Assembly (NCBI GenBank): GCA_963719035.1
Contig: CAVRAO010000002.1
Span: 672,001-736,000 of the forward strand
DNA from: Methanobacteriota archaeon
GTDB lineage: Archaea; Halobacteriota; Bog-38; Methanoflorentales; Methanoflorentaceae
DNA length: 64,000 bases
Reading direction: 5' to 3'
A program made the translations under genes and the position numbers. Under the pieces are notes generated by a model. That model did no database searches. It was not told where the DNA came from and worked only from the letters and a program-made list of their open reading frames with translations. Of the stretch, positions 32,238-42,780 are shown piece after piece. Each line of letters opens with the position of its first letter. Position 1 is the first letter of the stretch.

Positions 32238-33507
32238 GACAAATGGAAGGACCCCGAATAGGAGTATGTTGTTCACCGCGTGCATCGTGATGACAAACGG
32301 CAAGTTCTTTGTTTTGTAATAAGCGACGCCAAAAACGATCCCTGCTCCGAATGCGAAAAGCAACTCGTAATAGTTGGCGAAGCCCGATTGCATCGCACCA
32401 AAGATGATACTTGTGACGAGTATGCCGGCAATCGGCCCACTGCGTAATACAAGCTCCGTTTGTAGCAGGGCGCGGAAAAGCAGCTCTTCCACGAGTACGA
32501 CAAAGATCATCACGACGCTGAGTTCGATAAGCCAGACAAGTGAGAATGTGGTTACGAGGGCAGGATTTGTGAGAATATAGGTACTCGATAAACGCGAGCT
32601 CAACGCCGACAAGAATACCAAACGGAATGAGGTATAACAAAGGGCGCCCCCCTCTAAGACCTAAGTCGTCGCGGCTCAGCTGTCGATGAACAATGACCAA
32701 AACGATTGGTATGAGCATCACACCGTAAATCGCCACCAACCAGTACAAGGTCACCGTCGGGATTAGCACAAAGGAGAGGTTGACGACGCGCAATAACGAC
32801 ACCAACGCAAGCGCTTCTAAAAGCTCGACGCGGTCTCCTTGCAGCACTCCTATCGCGCTGACGATCACGACGATGTTCAACGCTTGCACACCAACGCCAG
32901 CGGTGGAGTACCCGGTGAAACGCAACCCCTCGCTAGCAAGGATAAGGAATATAGCGAGGAGCTCAGACCACGACAAGTTGAAAACAGTCTGTGCCCTCAC
33001 TGCAGGAGCAAGCGCGACGCGTGTGGTATCACGGAGACGCACAAGATAATAGGTCACCAGTACTTCGGTGCTCTGCGCACGGCTGTATTTGCTACTGCCC
33101 TCTGCGCGCACTATGTACTTATGTGTGGTTGCGACGCTATCCGTGAGGGTGAATTGATAGTGCCCAGAGGCGTCGGTGACGGTCTCTGCGATGCGCACCT
33201 TGTTCGTCGGATCATCCGTGTTGTAGAGAGCGACGGGCACGGCCACCATATGTGCTCCGCCGCCGCTCGTAAGTTGTCCGGCGATCATTATTGCGTGCCC
33301 GACGGACTGTTCTTGGGGGGTAGCAGTAGCGGTGATGGCTGTGGGCGGTGCCCCACCGCGTCTCTTCACAAGGCTTCTGTCGGAGGCGCTGTACGTCGCG
33401 CGAGTTTTGTCACCGCCCCCATACACGTCTCGGTCCCTCAATGCAATAGCGGATTCATCTGAGGGAGGGGTGCCAGACACTTGTTTCTGTTCTTTTTCGC
33501 CCGGCAT
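32229..33507 (-). CDS. CPBP (CAAX/Abi) intramembrane protease with N-terminal Ig-like domain; frameshift near 32590
   Basis: EELLFRALLQ, FGAMQ, HAVNN in 32229..32621. N-terminal beta-rich segment (TITATA...IAGQLT...TDASGHYQF) in 32215..33507. Confidence 0.8.
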
Positions 33508-33786
33508 CCTCTGAGGCCTCCTCGTATTTCAAAAATCGTTTTGCTACCCTTTTAAGCGCAGAAAGTACTGTAGATTCTACATCGACGATAGAATATAATA
33601 CTACCGTTATTGAGCATTCGCAGCGCGCATAGCAGAGATATGGCGGAACGCGCAGAGCTGCCCTGTCGGTACGACGCGGCTTTCGCACCCGCGCACATGC
33701 AGCGCACCTTCGCGACGCGGTTACTGATTTGACGCTAAAAGCGCGACGTTAGAGGCAGGAACGACTGGCGGCGAGGGATTATTGCG

Positions 33787-34185
33787 GTGGTGCTCATCTG
33801 CGCGTTCGTTGTCCTCGCGGCGTATTACCAAGCAAATGTCACGCAACACCTCGAGTACCTGCGCGAAAGCGAGGTAAGTGCGAACTACGCAAAGTACATC
33901 GGACAGAACGTCACGATAATAGGGAGCGTCGTCGGGACGGGCGTTCATTCGTTTGAGCTCAAAGGGGAATACGGCACCTATACGATCCTCTCGTCGCAGG
34001 CGGTGCAGCGAGGTGATGGCGTTAGCCTCGTCGGTACGCTCCAGCCCCGGCACCAACTGCGCGCAGTGGCGATGTTCGTGTCGCCACGGCTGCTGAGCGA
34101 GCTCGTCTACGTCCGCTCGTTCGTTGCGCTCATCGTTCTTGTCGTGCTCTTTTTCGTGAGCTGGCGGTTTGATTGGCGTGCGTGA
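33787..34185 (+). CDS. Membrane-anchored OB-fold-like hypothetical protein
   Basis: N- and C-terminal TMs; YIGQNVTIIGSV...GDGVSLVGTL. Confidence 0.6.
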   Translation: MVLICAFVVLAAYYQANVTQHLEYLRESEVSANYAKYIGQNVTIIGSVVGTGVHSFELKGEYGTYTILSSQAVQRGDGVSLVGTLQPRHQLRAVAMFVSPRLLSELVYVRSFVALIVLVVLFFVSWRFDWRA

Positions 34186-34542
34186 TGCCAATGCAGGCGC
34201 AGGTGCGTGCTCCGCCGTTGAAAACGCGCCGCCCGGCTAGCAGCCTTACCCGCCACCCAACGCGAAGCAAACGTGAAGACGTCGGGGAGGGTCGCTCATA
34301 GATCAGCACGTCGGAACGCATCGTAGAGCACCGTTTAGACGAACGCGGTGATTCCGGCGCGACGGGGTTGCCAAATTAACGTTATGACCGGGGAGTGAGC
34401 ACAGCGTAAGGGTAGCGAGGTACGTCGTGACGAAAAGCGACATGAATTCTAGCTGTCAGAGCGGATGTCCTGGGGGACCTTAGGGCTTTCCGTAGTCAAG
34501 TTAGGTGTAGAGCGGGCGCAGCTACGACTATGAGATTTACGC

Positions 34543-36006
34543 TTAATGCTCCCCCAAAAGCTTGAAAACTAAATTAGATGCAGTTCTATAAGCGTCTACC
34601 TTCCACAAATGAAGCAAGCCCCAATAGACCATAATACCAAAAAGCACCTGCACCGCTAAACGAATCAAATCAGACCAGTTGCTTGGAAACATCAAACCGA
34701 GCGTCCATATAGCTACAGCCATGGCAGCTGCCACACAGAATGTAGGTGACAATTTTTTGAGCATGGTAAGAAAGTTGAGATCTATGAGTCGAGCCGGAAT
34801 TGACCAGTTGGGGTACCATAGCAGGAAATTTGCGACAGTATACGCGACAGCAACGCCGAGCGCCCCCCACCGCAATCCTACAACAAATGAAATGATGTAT
34901 ATTGTACCTGTTATGGCCCCCCATCGAAACAATATATCAGTGCGACCCTGTGATGTGTAGAGCCAATTACCGGTAGCACCGATAGACTGAATCATTCCAA
35001 GGAGGCAAAACACCTGAAGGATTGGGATCATAGCCGCCCACTTTTCGCCAAACAACGCTAATACGAAGGATCGCGACACGACCAGCAGCCCCAACATCAG
35101 TGGAAATGTAGCGAGCGAAACAACGCTCATAGAGGTCAGATATGTCTCTCGCACCCGTTCTATATCTTTTTGAATGACCGAAAGTGCTGGGAACATCACA
35201 TTTGCAATGATACCAGCTATTTGCAACACCGGCACTAGTAAGATCGTATAACTACGTGCATAAATCCCCAAAGCTGCTGATCCATCGTATCTGCCTATGA
35301 GCAAGTTATCACCGTTTCTAAACCAATAATTGAAAATGGAGTAACCTACTAAATTAAGGCTGAACTTTGAAAGGTCTCTGAGTGCGTCCCATCGCAATGA
35401 TAGATCAGGTCGCCAGGGCGCGATTGCCCATAGCACCACGACATTGATGGTGGCGGAGGTAATGGACATAGCAACGAAGCTCCAAACACCGAAGCCCGTG
35501 AATGCTAAATAAATAGCAATAGCGCCCGAAACCACCACGGCCGTCAGTTGGGCCGCTGCGATCCTGCGAAAATCCATCGCTTTTTGGAGCAACGCGGTCT
35601 GCACTACGGCAAATGAGTTGATTAAAAAGATCACTGAAATTACCACAGTGAGGGGCTGGAGGGCCGGTTCGTCGTAAAAGGATGCAATGTATGGGGCTGC
35701 AGCTGCCAAGATCAGCGTTATTAATGCGCCTATGGCGATATTGAACCAAAAAACTGCATTTTTGTGGTGTTGCTCCACCTCTAGTTTTTGGACTAAGGCC
35801 GCCCCGAATCCCATGTCTAAGAACACGGCTGCGAATCCCGTAAAAACCAATACCATGCCAAACAGTCCAAAGTCCTCCGGCAAGAGCAGCCGAGTCAAAA
35901 CGATAGATACTACAAGGCTTGCTAACTGTATGCCGACCTGTGTTAGACCGCTCCACGCGACACCTGTCCGGATTTTTTTCTCTAAATCTCCTCTTTCTTC
36001 CTCCAA
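34543..36006 (-). CDS. Wzx/MOP polysaccharide flippase (WzxC-like)
   Basis: LTRLLLPEDFGL, DMGFGAALVQ, DNLLIGR, LGIY, FPALS; about 12 TMs. Confidence 0.92.
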   Translation of the reverse strand: MEEERGDLEKKIRTGVAWSGLTQVGIQLASLVVSIVLTRLLLPEDFGLFGMVLVFTGFAAVFLDMGFGAALVQKLEVEQHHKNAVFWFNIAIGALITLILAAAAPYIASFYDEPALQPLTVVISVIFLINSFAVVQTALLQKAMDFRRIAAAQLTAVVVSGAIAIYLAFTGFGVWSFVAMSITSATINVVVLWAIAPWRPDLSLRWDALRDLSKFSLNLVGYSIFNYWFRNGDNLLIGRYDGSAALGIYARSYTILLVPVLQIAGIIANVMFPALSVIQKDIERVRETYLTSMSVVSLATFPLMLGLLVVSRSFVLALFGEKWAAMIPILQVFCLLGMIQSIGATGNWLYTSQGRTDILFRWGAITGTIYIISFVVGLRWGALGVAVAYTVANFLLWYPNWSIPARLIDLNFLTMLKKLSPTFCVAAAMAVAIWTLGLMFPSNWSDLIRLAVQVLFGIMVYWGLLHLWKVDAYRTASNLVFKLLGEH

Positions 36007-36825
36007 GATGACCTTCCTAGCTCTTTTTGACTGGGTTCTGCTCTGGTTTCGTACAAACGGACGCGATTTCCTGCACGTGTATCATCTGTAAACAAATCAA
36101 CTTAAATCAGCTTTTTTTGCTGTTTAGAATTTGTCTCATCCCCTCTTTGATGAACCACCTGATTTTTCAGTATCAATGAGCAGCACGAAGTGTAAGTCCT
36201 CTCAGTATCTAGTTTATGTTTTTCGACTTGAATCTTGAAGTACTGCGCACTTTTTTTACCCTCTTTTCGTGCTCATCCCTGGCACATTGCGTGACGTCGG
36301 CGCTTCCATCACGGAGCTTCTTATGATCGGCAAGACGCGCATCTGTGAGTTTTTACAACTCCTCCGTGTGCTTATTCGTTAGTGCATGTATCTTTTCTTC
36401 GTATTCTTCGCGTTGTGTCTGCAGTGCGCTCTCTGAGCTGATCCGCAATAATTATACTTTAACGCGGAGAAGTATGCAATAATGACAGCAAGTCAAGAAG
36501 ACGAAAAAGCACGGGCCCGTTACGATAAAAATGAAAATCTAGTAATGTCTTTGTTCACTGAAAGGTTAGCAAAGGACTAACTCAAAGTCGAAAGATCCCC
36601 ACATACCCTGCAGATTCTGACGACGTTGGGACATTAACATCTTTTTCTAAAGATGGATCCAAATGAATATCGTGGCATATGCTTACACGGTCTAGACATG
36701 CGCGAATTCCACAGTTACCTGCGGGATAGTCCCTTTTTGGATAGCCTGCGCAGCATGCTGTTTTCATTCCCCTTAGAGCGCAAGGGCACCACTCAGTTGA
36801 TTCGCTCAATGGTGAGATGACTGGA

Positions 36826-37132
36826 GGTCTGAAGGCGAAGGCGGGCGTGGGGCAGTACGCGGCCACCAAACATGCGCTAAAGGCTTTCGCCGACAGCCTC
36901 CGCGACGAGGTGAACGAGTACGGGGTCAGGGTGAATCAGCGTCTATCCTCGTCAGAGTGCGAGTCCCATGCGAGCACGGCTGTATCAGACGGCGCAGAAG
37001 ACCTACGTGCCAGAGAGGCTCCTCAAGCCGTCGGATGTGGCGGAGGTCGTTCTGTCCGTGCTGAGTCTGCCGACAAGCGCGGAGGTGACCGATATCGCGG
37101 TGCGCCCCAAGTGCAGTCCGCGCCCCGCGTGA
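36826..37132 (+). pseudogene. C-terminal fragment of an SDR oxidoreductase
   Basis: YAATKHALKAFADSLRDEVN..GVRV, then (other frame) ASPM...ERLLKPSDVA...LPTSAEVTDIAVRP; N-terminal Rossmann fold missing. Confidence 0.8.
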
Positions 37133-38385
37133 CAACGTTGAACACCTCGGGGAGCACGAAACAGCCAAAGAAGATAGCTTTCTTTGGGCACTTCGGGGTT
37201 GGCAACTGGGGCAACGAGAGCAGCCTGCAAGCAGTGCTTTGTCATCTTCGCCGTGCGGTGCCGAATGCCGAATTCAACTGCATCTGCTCCGATCCGAGCA
37301 CCGTCGCGATGACCTATAACATCGCCGCAGTGGCCAGCAGGGCTCCCGTGGCCGAATACCGGACGCTGCACGGCCCGCTGGCTATACTGGCGCAAAAACT
37401 CGTGGTCGGAGTGCCCAGCGAGCCTTGGTGGTGGGTCAAGAGCATCAGGACGCTGTGGGGTACAGACGCGCTGGTCGTCCCAGGGACGGGCTTGCTGACG
37501 GATGCTTTCACTCTCTACAATTGGGGTCCATATGACCTGTTCAGGTGGTCAATCGCGGCGAGATTGTGTCGCTGCAAGATCCTGTTTGTTAGCGTGGGAG
37601 CCGGCCCCCTCTACAGTCGCGCCGGAAGATACTTTGTCAAGACAGCGCTCTCCCTGGCGGACTTCCGCTCCTACCGAGACGAATCTTCGCTGCGATATCT
37701 CGAGGGAATTGGCTTCCGGGCTGGCAATGATCCGGTCTACCCGGATCTAGCATTCAGCTTGCCCGAGAGCCTGGTACCACGCGGCCACGACGGCGAGGGG
37801 CGGAGGCCGGTTGTTGGCCTCGGGCTGATGGAGTACGCGGGCAGGTACAGCGTCGAGAGGCCGGCCACCTCCGTCTATTCGGCGTACCTGGAGACTCTCG
37901 TGGAGTTCACAGAGTGGCTGTTTGCCCACGAATACGACGTCCGGTTGCTGACTGGAGACCGTGTGGACACGCATGTGACGCAAGAGTTTAGATCATTGCT
38001 GAAGAAGCGGTCAGTGATGTATGGAGAGGAGCGAATCATCGATGAACCGATCGCGTCTGTGGACGACCTATTGAAACAACTCGCGGCAACGGACGTAGTA
38101 GTAGCGACGCGCTTTCATAACGTCCTTCTGGCGCTTCTTCTCAACAAGCCGGTCATCGCCATTTCCTTCCACCACAAATGCGCTTCCCTCATGAGCCAGA
38201 TGGGATTGTCGGAGTACTGTCAGGACATCAACCGATTGAGCTCAGTCAGGCTGATCGAGCAATTCTCGCAACTCCGCCAGAGCAGCTACGGCGTGAAACG
38301 GATGATCATGGAAAAGGTGAGGGCCTGCAGGGATGCGCTGGATGAACAGTACGCCGTCATTCTCAGTGAGATTTGTTCTGAGTAG
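37129..38385 (+). CDS. Polysaccharide pyruvyl transferase family protein
   Basis: GHFGVGNWGNE, SVGAGP, SYRDESS, PDLAF, ATRFH; GTG start overlaps the SDR stop. Confidence 0.85.
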   Translation: MTTLNTSGSTKQPKKIAFFGHFGVGNWGNESSLQAVLCHLRRAVPNAEFNCICSDPSTVAMTYNIAAVASRAPVAEYRTLHGPLAILAQKLVVGVPSEPWWWVKSIRTLWGTDALVVPGTGLLTDAFTLYNWGPYDLFRWSIAARLCRCKILFVSVGAGPLYSRAGRYFVKTALSLADFRSYRDESSLRYLEGIGFRAGNDPVYPDLAFSLPESLVPRGHDGEGRRPVVGLGLMEYAGRYSVERPATSVYSAYLETLVEFTEWLFAHEYDVRLLTGDRVDTHVTQEFRSLLKKRSVMYGEERIIDEPIASVDDLLKQLAATDVVVATRFHNVLLALLLNKPVIAISFHHKCASLMSQMGLSEYCQDINRLSSVRLIEQFSQLRQSSYGVKRMIMEKVRACRDALDEQYAVILSEICSE

Positions 38386-38477
38386 CCATGGGGAGAACTC
38401 TTCGGTGCGGGTAGGCAAGTCAGACCGCCGCATGGCTCTGCCCTCCCCACGTATCTTTTGTAGCCACAGTTCATTGA

Positions 38478-38522
38478 GCCTTTACACGACGAAGGTCGGG
38501 CGTTCGAATCGCCTCGAGCCCA
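38478..38522 (+). tRNA. 3' fragment of tRNA-Val(TAC) (att-site-like remnant)
   Basis: GCC-TTTACAC-GACGA anticodon arm, AGGTC, T-arm GGGCG-TTCGAAT-CGCCT, CGAGCCCA acceptor strand; no complementary 5' strand or D-arm upstream. Confidence 0.8.
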
Positions 38523-38692
38523 TCTATTTTCAATTTTTTTGTCGATTATGTCGATTGTAATTTTTCGCCCGCCACAAAGACTAACCACAAACCACGATTT
38601 TTGTGTATTACTTCCGAGACTAAATAATAGTAGTACGAACTAAAGGAGTCGGTTTATTACGTTGTTTTAAAGTATACACTCTTATGGAATAT

Positions 38693-39223
38693 TTAATGCT
38701 TAAATTCGCTATAGCTTGAATCTTTTTTTGAGATCACTGCGCATTCTAGAGGCCATTTTATGTCAAATGCTGCGTCATCAAAGCGGACTCCTCGAGAGGA
38801 TTCTGGATGATAGAATTCGAACATGTGATAGAAAACTACGGCATTGTTAGTGAGCGTTTGAAAACCGTGTGCAAACCCCTCTGGCACGTACAACAGCTCG
38901 GAGTTTTGAGCCCTCATCTCAATGCCTAGCCATTTTTTAAAAGTCGGTGAGTCTGGACGCAAATCAATAATCACGTCATAAATTGCGCCTCTAATGCAGC
39001 TTACAAGCTTTGCCTCTTCGTGAGGCGATATCTGATAGTGCATTCCACGAATTGTCCCACGCTTTTTGTTAAATGAAACATTACTTTGCGCGACGCGCGT
39101 ATTTAGATGATGTTCCTTAAACTCGTTTTGACAAAAACTGCGTGCAAAAAAACCTCGTTCATCCTCCAGTTTTTCTAACTGTATTAACATCGCCCCTTTC
39201 AGATTCAGTTGGTTAAACAGCAT
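38693..39223 (-). CDS. rfbC: NDP-4-keto-6-deoxyhexose 3,5-epimerase (RmlC family)
   Basis: DERGFF, GTIRGMHYQ, KLV, DLRPDSPT, VPEGFAHGFQTL. Confidence 0.92.
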   Translation of the reverse strand: MLFNQLNLKGAMLIQLEKLEDERGFFARSFCQNEFKEHHLNTRVAQSNVSFNKKRGTIRGMHYQISPHEEAKLVSCIRGAIYDVIIDLRPDSPTFKKWLGIEMRAQNSELLYVPEGFAHGFQTLTNNAVVFYHMFEFYHPESSRGVRFDDAAFDIKWPLECAVISKKDSSYSEFKH

Positions 39224-39462
39224 TTACAACACCTAAACCGAAGGAATGGGGATAATAAACCTCGCCTCCCACTTCTAAACATATGACATCTGCTGAATAA
39301 ATCTTTTCCTTAATGTTCCACGGAAGAGTTAAGACATAATCTGGCTTATCGTTCTTTACCACGTCTGGATGTTTAACAGGTATGTGCGTCCTATGTGAAG
39401 GCCATAAAGGGTGATTTAGGACTGCTGCCCAATATAAGCCGTGCTGTTAACGGTGAAGACAG

Positions 39463-40826
39463 ATGGCTGAGAAATTATCACCCGACCTATCTCCCGAGTG
39501 CCAAATGAAGAATCCCACGCAAAGCCCAGAAGAGGCAAGAAACAAAGGCGAAGCCTTGTTTGCGCTGGTTAAGAGGCTGTATCCAATCTGCCGCAGCATC
39601 ACCGGAAACGGCGTCCGGGAAACGCTGCGAGTAATCAAAGAAATCATTCCGATCGAAGTCCGAGAAGTGCCCTCCGGCACCCCGGTGCTGGATTGGAACG
39701 TGCCGGATGAATGGAATATCCGCGACGCATGGATCAAGGGACCGGATGGACGGAAGATCGTGGACTTCCAACGGTCCAACCTGCATGTCGTTAGCTATAG
39801 CATACCATTCCGGGACACGCTTTCGTTGGTAGAACTGAAAAAGCACCTGTTCTCACTGCCCGATCATCCCGACTGGCTGCCGTATCGCACTTCCTACTAC
39901 AAGGAAACTTGGGGCTTCTGCCTGCCCCATCAGACAACTGACCTCCTTGCCTGAGGGTGAGTATGAGGTTAGTGTGGATTCGACCCTCGCACCGGGAAGC
40001 CTGACCTACGGCGAACTCCTGCTGCCGGGCTCGTGTCGCGGATGAAGTGCTGATTTCCTGCCATGTTTGCCACCCCTCGCTGGCAAACGACAATCTCTCC
40101 GGCATCGCGGTCGCGACGTTCCTAGCCAGCCAACTGGCCCAGCGTAATCGACGATATTCGTACCGGTTTATTTTCATCCCGGGTACGATCGGCTCCATCA
40201 CCTGGCTAGCGCTGAACGAGCACAACATCAAAAACATACGGCATGGCCTGATCCTAGCGGGCGTGGGCGATACAGGGGCGTTCCATTACAAGAAAACGCG
40301 CAACGGCGACGCCTACATAGACCGGCTGATGCTCAGGATGTTGAGGCAAACGGGACGCGCACATCACCTGCTGGATTTCGAACCGTACGGCTATGACGAG
40401 CGGCAATTCGGGTCGCCTGGCTTCAATCTTCCAGTCGGCTGCCTGATGCGCACGCCGTTCGGTCAGTATCCCGAATACCATTCCTCTGCCGACGACCTTC
40501 GCCTTGTGAAACCCGAAAGTCTGGCCGACACGCTTGATTTGCTGAAACAGCTGGTGGGAGCCTTGGAAGGCGAAACCCGTTATCTCAATCTCAACCCGCG
40601 CGGCGAACCGCAACTTGGGCGCCGCGGACTGTACGACACATTGGGCGGCCTCAGTCACACGAAACAACGTCAAATGGCCATGCTCTGGCTGCTGAATTTT
40701 TCCGACGGCGATCACTCGTTGGAAGACATCGCCGACCGTTCCCAGTTGCCGGCTGAGGAACTGTGGGAAGTGGCCCGCATGCTCGAAAAAAACGGCTTGT
40801 TAAAACAGTTATCCTCAGGAGGTTAA
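39463..40826 (+). CDS. DUF4910 aminopeptidase-like protein with C-terminal wHTH (frameshifted ~39935-40040)
   Basis: LYPICRSITGNGVRETL, DWNVPDEWNI, PYRTSYY, CHPSLANDNLSG, GYDERQ, YPEYHSS, GEPQLGRRGLY. Confidence 0.85.
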
Positions 40827-40828
40827 TC

Positions 40829-41548
40829 ATGACGTTCTCCATGAAAAATCAGACAGCTTTGGTGACTGGCGCCGGCAGTGGCATTGGCCAGGCCATCGCG
40901 AAGGCCCTCGCTGCGGACGGCGCCCGGGTTTGTCTTACGGGCCGGAATGCGAAGAAACTGACAGATACCGCCACGCTGTGCGGCTCGGGCGCGGTCTGCC
41001 GGGCTGCCGACCTTATGGACGAAGCAAGCATCCAAAAACTCGCCGAGTTTGTCCGCGAAACAGTGGGCCGGCTCGATATTCTGGTTCATAGCGCGGGTAC
41101 ATTTCACATGGGTGAAATCGAGGGCACAGCTACCGTGGATTTTGACCGGCTGTTCCACATCAATGTCCGCGCTCCTTTCATCATTACCCGCGAACTGCTT
41201 CCGCTGCTGCGGGAATGCAAAGGCCAGATCGTGTTCATCAACTCCTCTGCCGCGCTTCACACCGCGCTCTCCTGGGGTCTTTATGCGGCGAGTAAAAGCG
41301 CGCTGAAATCCTTGGCTAATAGCCTGCGAATCGAGGTCAACCCAGATGGCGTCCGGATCGTTAGCATCTTCCCAGGCCGCACCGCCAGCCCGATGCAGGC
41401 CCAGGTTCACTCGCTCGAAGGCAAGCCCTTCCATCCCGACCGGCTAATTCAACCGGCGGACATCGCCGCGATGGTCATCAGCGCCCTCCGACTACCTCGC
41501 ACTGCGGAGGTCACGGACTTACTCGTGCGCCCGATGCTGAAAGGCTAA
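40829..41548 (+). CDS. Short-chain dehydrogenase/reductase
   Basis: TGAGSGIG, HSAG, YAASK. Confidence 0.9.
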   Translation: MTFSMKNQTALVTGAGSGIGQAIAKALAADGARVCLTGRNAKKLTDTATLCGSGAVCRAADLMDEASIQKLAEFVRETVGRLDILVHSAGTFHMGEIEGTATVDFDRLFHINVRAPFIITRELLPLLRECKGQIVFINSSAALHTALSWGLYAASKSALKSLANSLRIEVNPDGVRIVSIFPGRTASPMQAQVHSLEGKPFHPDRLIQPADIAAMVISALRLPRTAEVTDLLVRPMLKG

Positions 41549-41706
41549 ACCGTGGCGAAGTTGCAACAGGCATGCGGTGCCACAACAGGATCGCATAGTT
41601 TTGTAGAAAGCCAGCCTTACAGATTCTGTGGTGTATACGCTTTTAGGAAGTAGAACAACAGATATTTGAATAATCAGCTTTCATTTGATAAACATTCGGA
41701 AGAAAT

Positions 41707-42735
41707 ATGCGGATACTCATAACAGGCCATAAAGGTTATATTGGCACAATCCTGGCACCTATGCTGATGGCAGGAGGGCATGATGTTGTTGGGCTGGATA
41801 GCGATTTATACCGGCGCTGTACATTCGGCGAAGGAATTCCTCGGATTCCCGAGATCATAAAAGATATTCGCGACGTTGATGCAACTGATTTGGAAGGCTT
41901 TGACGCGGTCATTCATCTGGCTGCTTTGTCAAACGATCCGCTCGGCAATTTAAACCCAGAGTTGACCTATGATATTAACCACAGGGCCTCGGTTCGATTG
42001 GCTAAACTGGCAAAACAGGTCGGAGTATCCAGGTTTCTCTTTTCGTCTTCTTGCAGCACCTATGGGGCTGCTGCGGGAGATCATATGCTAACAGAAGAGG
42101 CTGAGTTTAATCCTGTTACACCCTATGGAGAGTCGAAAATACTCGTGGAGCGTGATGTTTCGGGATTATCGGATGGCGACTTCAGCCCAAGCTTTTTGCG
42201 TAATGCAACGGCATACGGTATTTCGCCTCGGCACCGATTTGATATTGTTCTTAACAACTTGGTTGCCTGGGCATTTACAACTGGTCTCGTCCATCTTAAA
42301 AGCGATGGAAGTCCGTGGCGCCCTATAATTCACATCGAAGATATTTCCCGCGCTTTTATCGCCGTACTGGACGCCCCCAAGGATCTGGTCCATAATCAGG
42401 CCTTCAATGTCGGCATCAACGAAGAAAATTATCGTATTCGCGACCTGGCTGAGATCGTTAAGGAGACTGTCCCCGGCTGTCGGGTCGAGTATGCTAAAGA
42501 TGCAGAGCCTGACAAACGAACATATCGAGTTGATTTTAGTAAAATAAAGCGAATACTCCCTGGGTTTAACCCGCAGTGGACTGCCAGGCGTGGGGCCGAA
42601 GAGCTCTATGTGGCTTACCAAAAATATGGAATCAAGCTGGAAGAATTTGAGGGTCCGAAGTATAATAGGCTTGATCACATCAAACAGTTGCTTAATACCG
42701 GCGACCTCGATTCAACCTTGCGTTGGACAAAATAA
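41707..42735 (+). CDS. NAD-dependent sugar epimerase/dehydratase
   Basis: TGHKGYIG, HLAALSNDP, SSCSTYG, YGESK. Confidence 0.9.
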   Translation: MRILITGHKGYIGTILAPMLMAGGHDVVGLDSDLYRRCTFGEGIPRIPEIIKDIRDVDATDLEGFDAVIHLAALSNDPLGNLNPELTYDINHRASVRLAKLAKQVGVSRFLFSSSCSTYGAAAGDHMLTEEAEFNPVTPYGESKILVERDVSGLSDGDFSPSFLRNATAYGISPRHRFDIVLNNLVAWAFTTGLVHLKSDGSPWRPIIHIEDISRAFIAVLDAPKDLVHNQAFNVGINEENYRIRDLAEIVKETVPGCRVEYAKDAEPDKRTYRVDFSKIKRILPGFNPQWTARRGAEELYVAYQKYGIKLEEFEGPKYNRLDHIKQLLNTGDLDSTLRWTK

Positions 42736-42780
42736 ATCTCAACTGTTGACAATAATACGCTGGATATAAATGGCTAAACA

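Noticed and set aside
36817-38385. 522-aa SDR-pyruvyltransferase fusion
   Set aside because: The SDR part is truncated and shifts frame, with its own stop at 37130-37132 overlapping a GTG start.
38440-38522. Complete tRNA-Val gene
   Set aside because: No GGGCTCG 5' acceptor strand or D-arm upstream, and no BHB intron evident.
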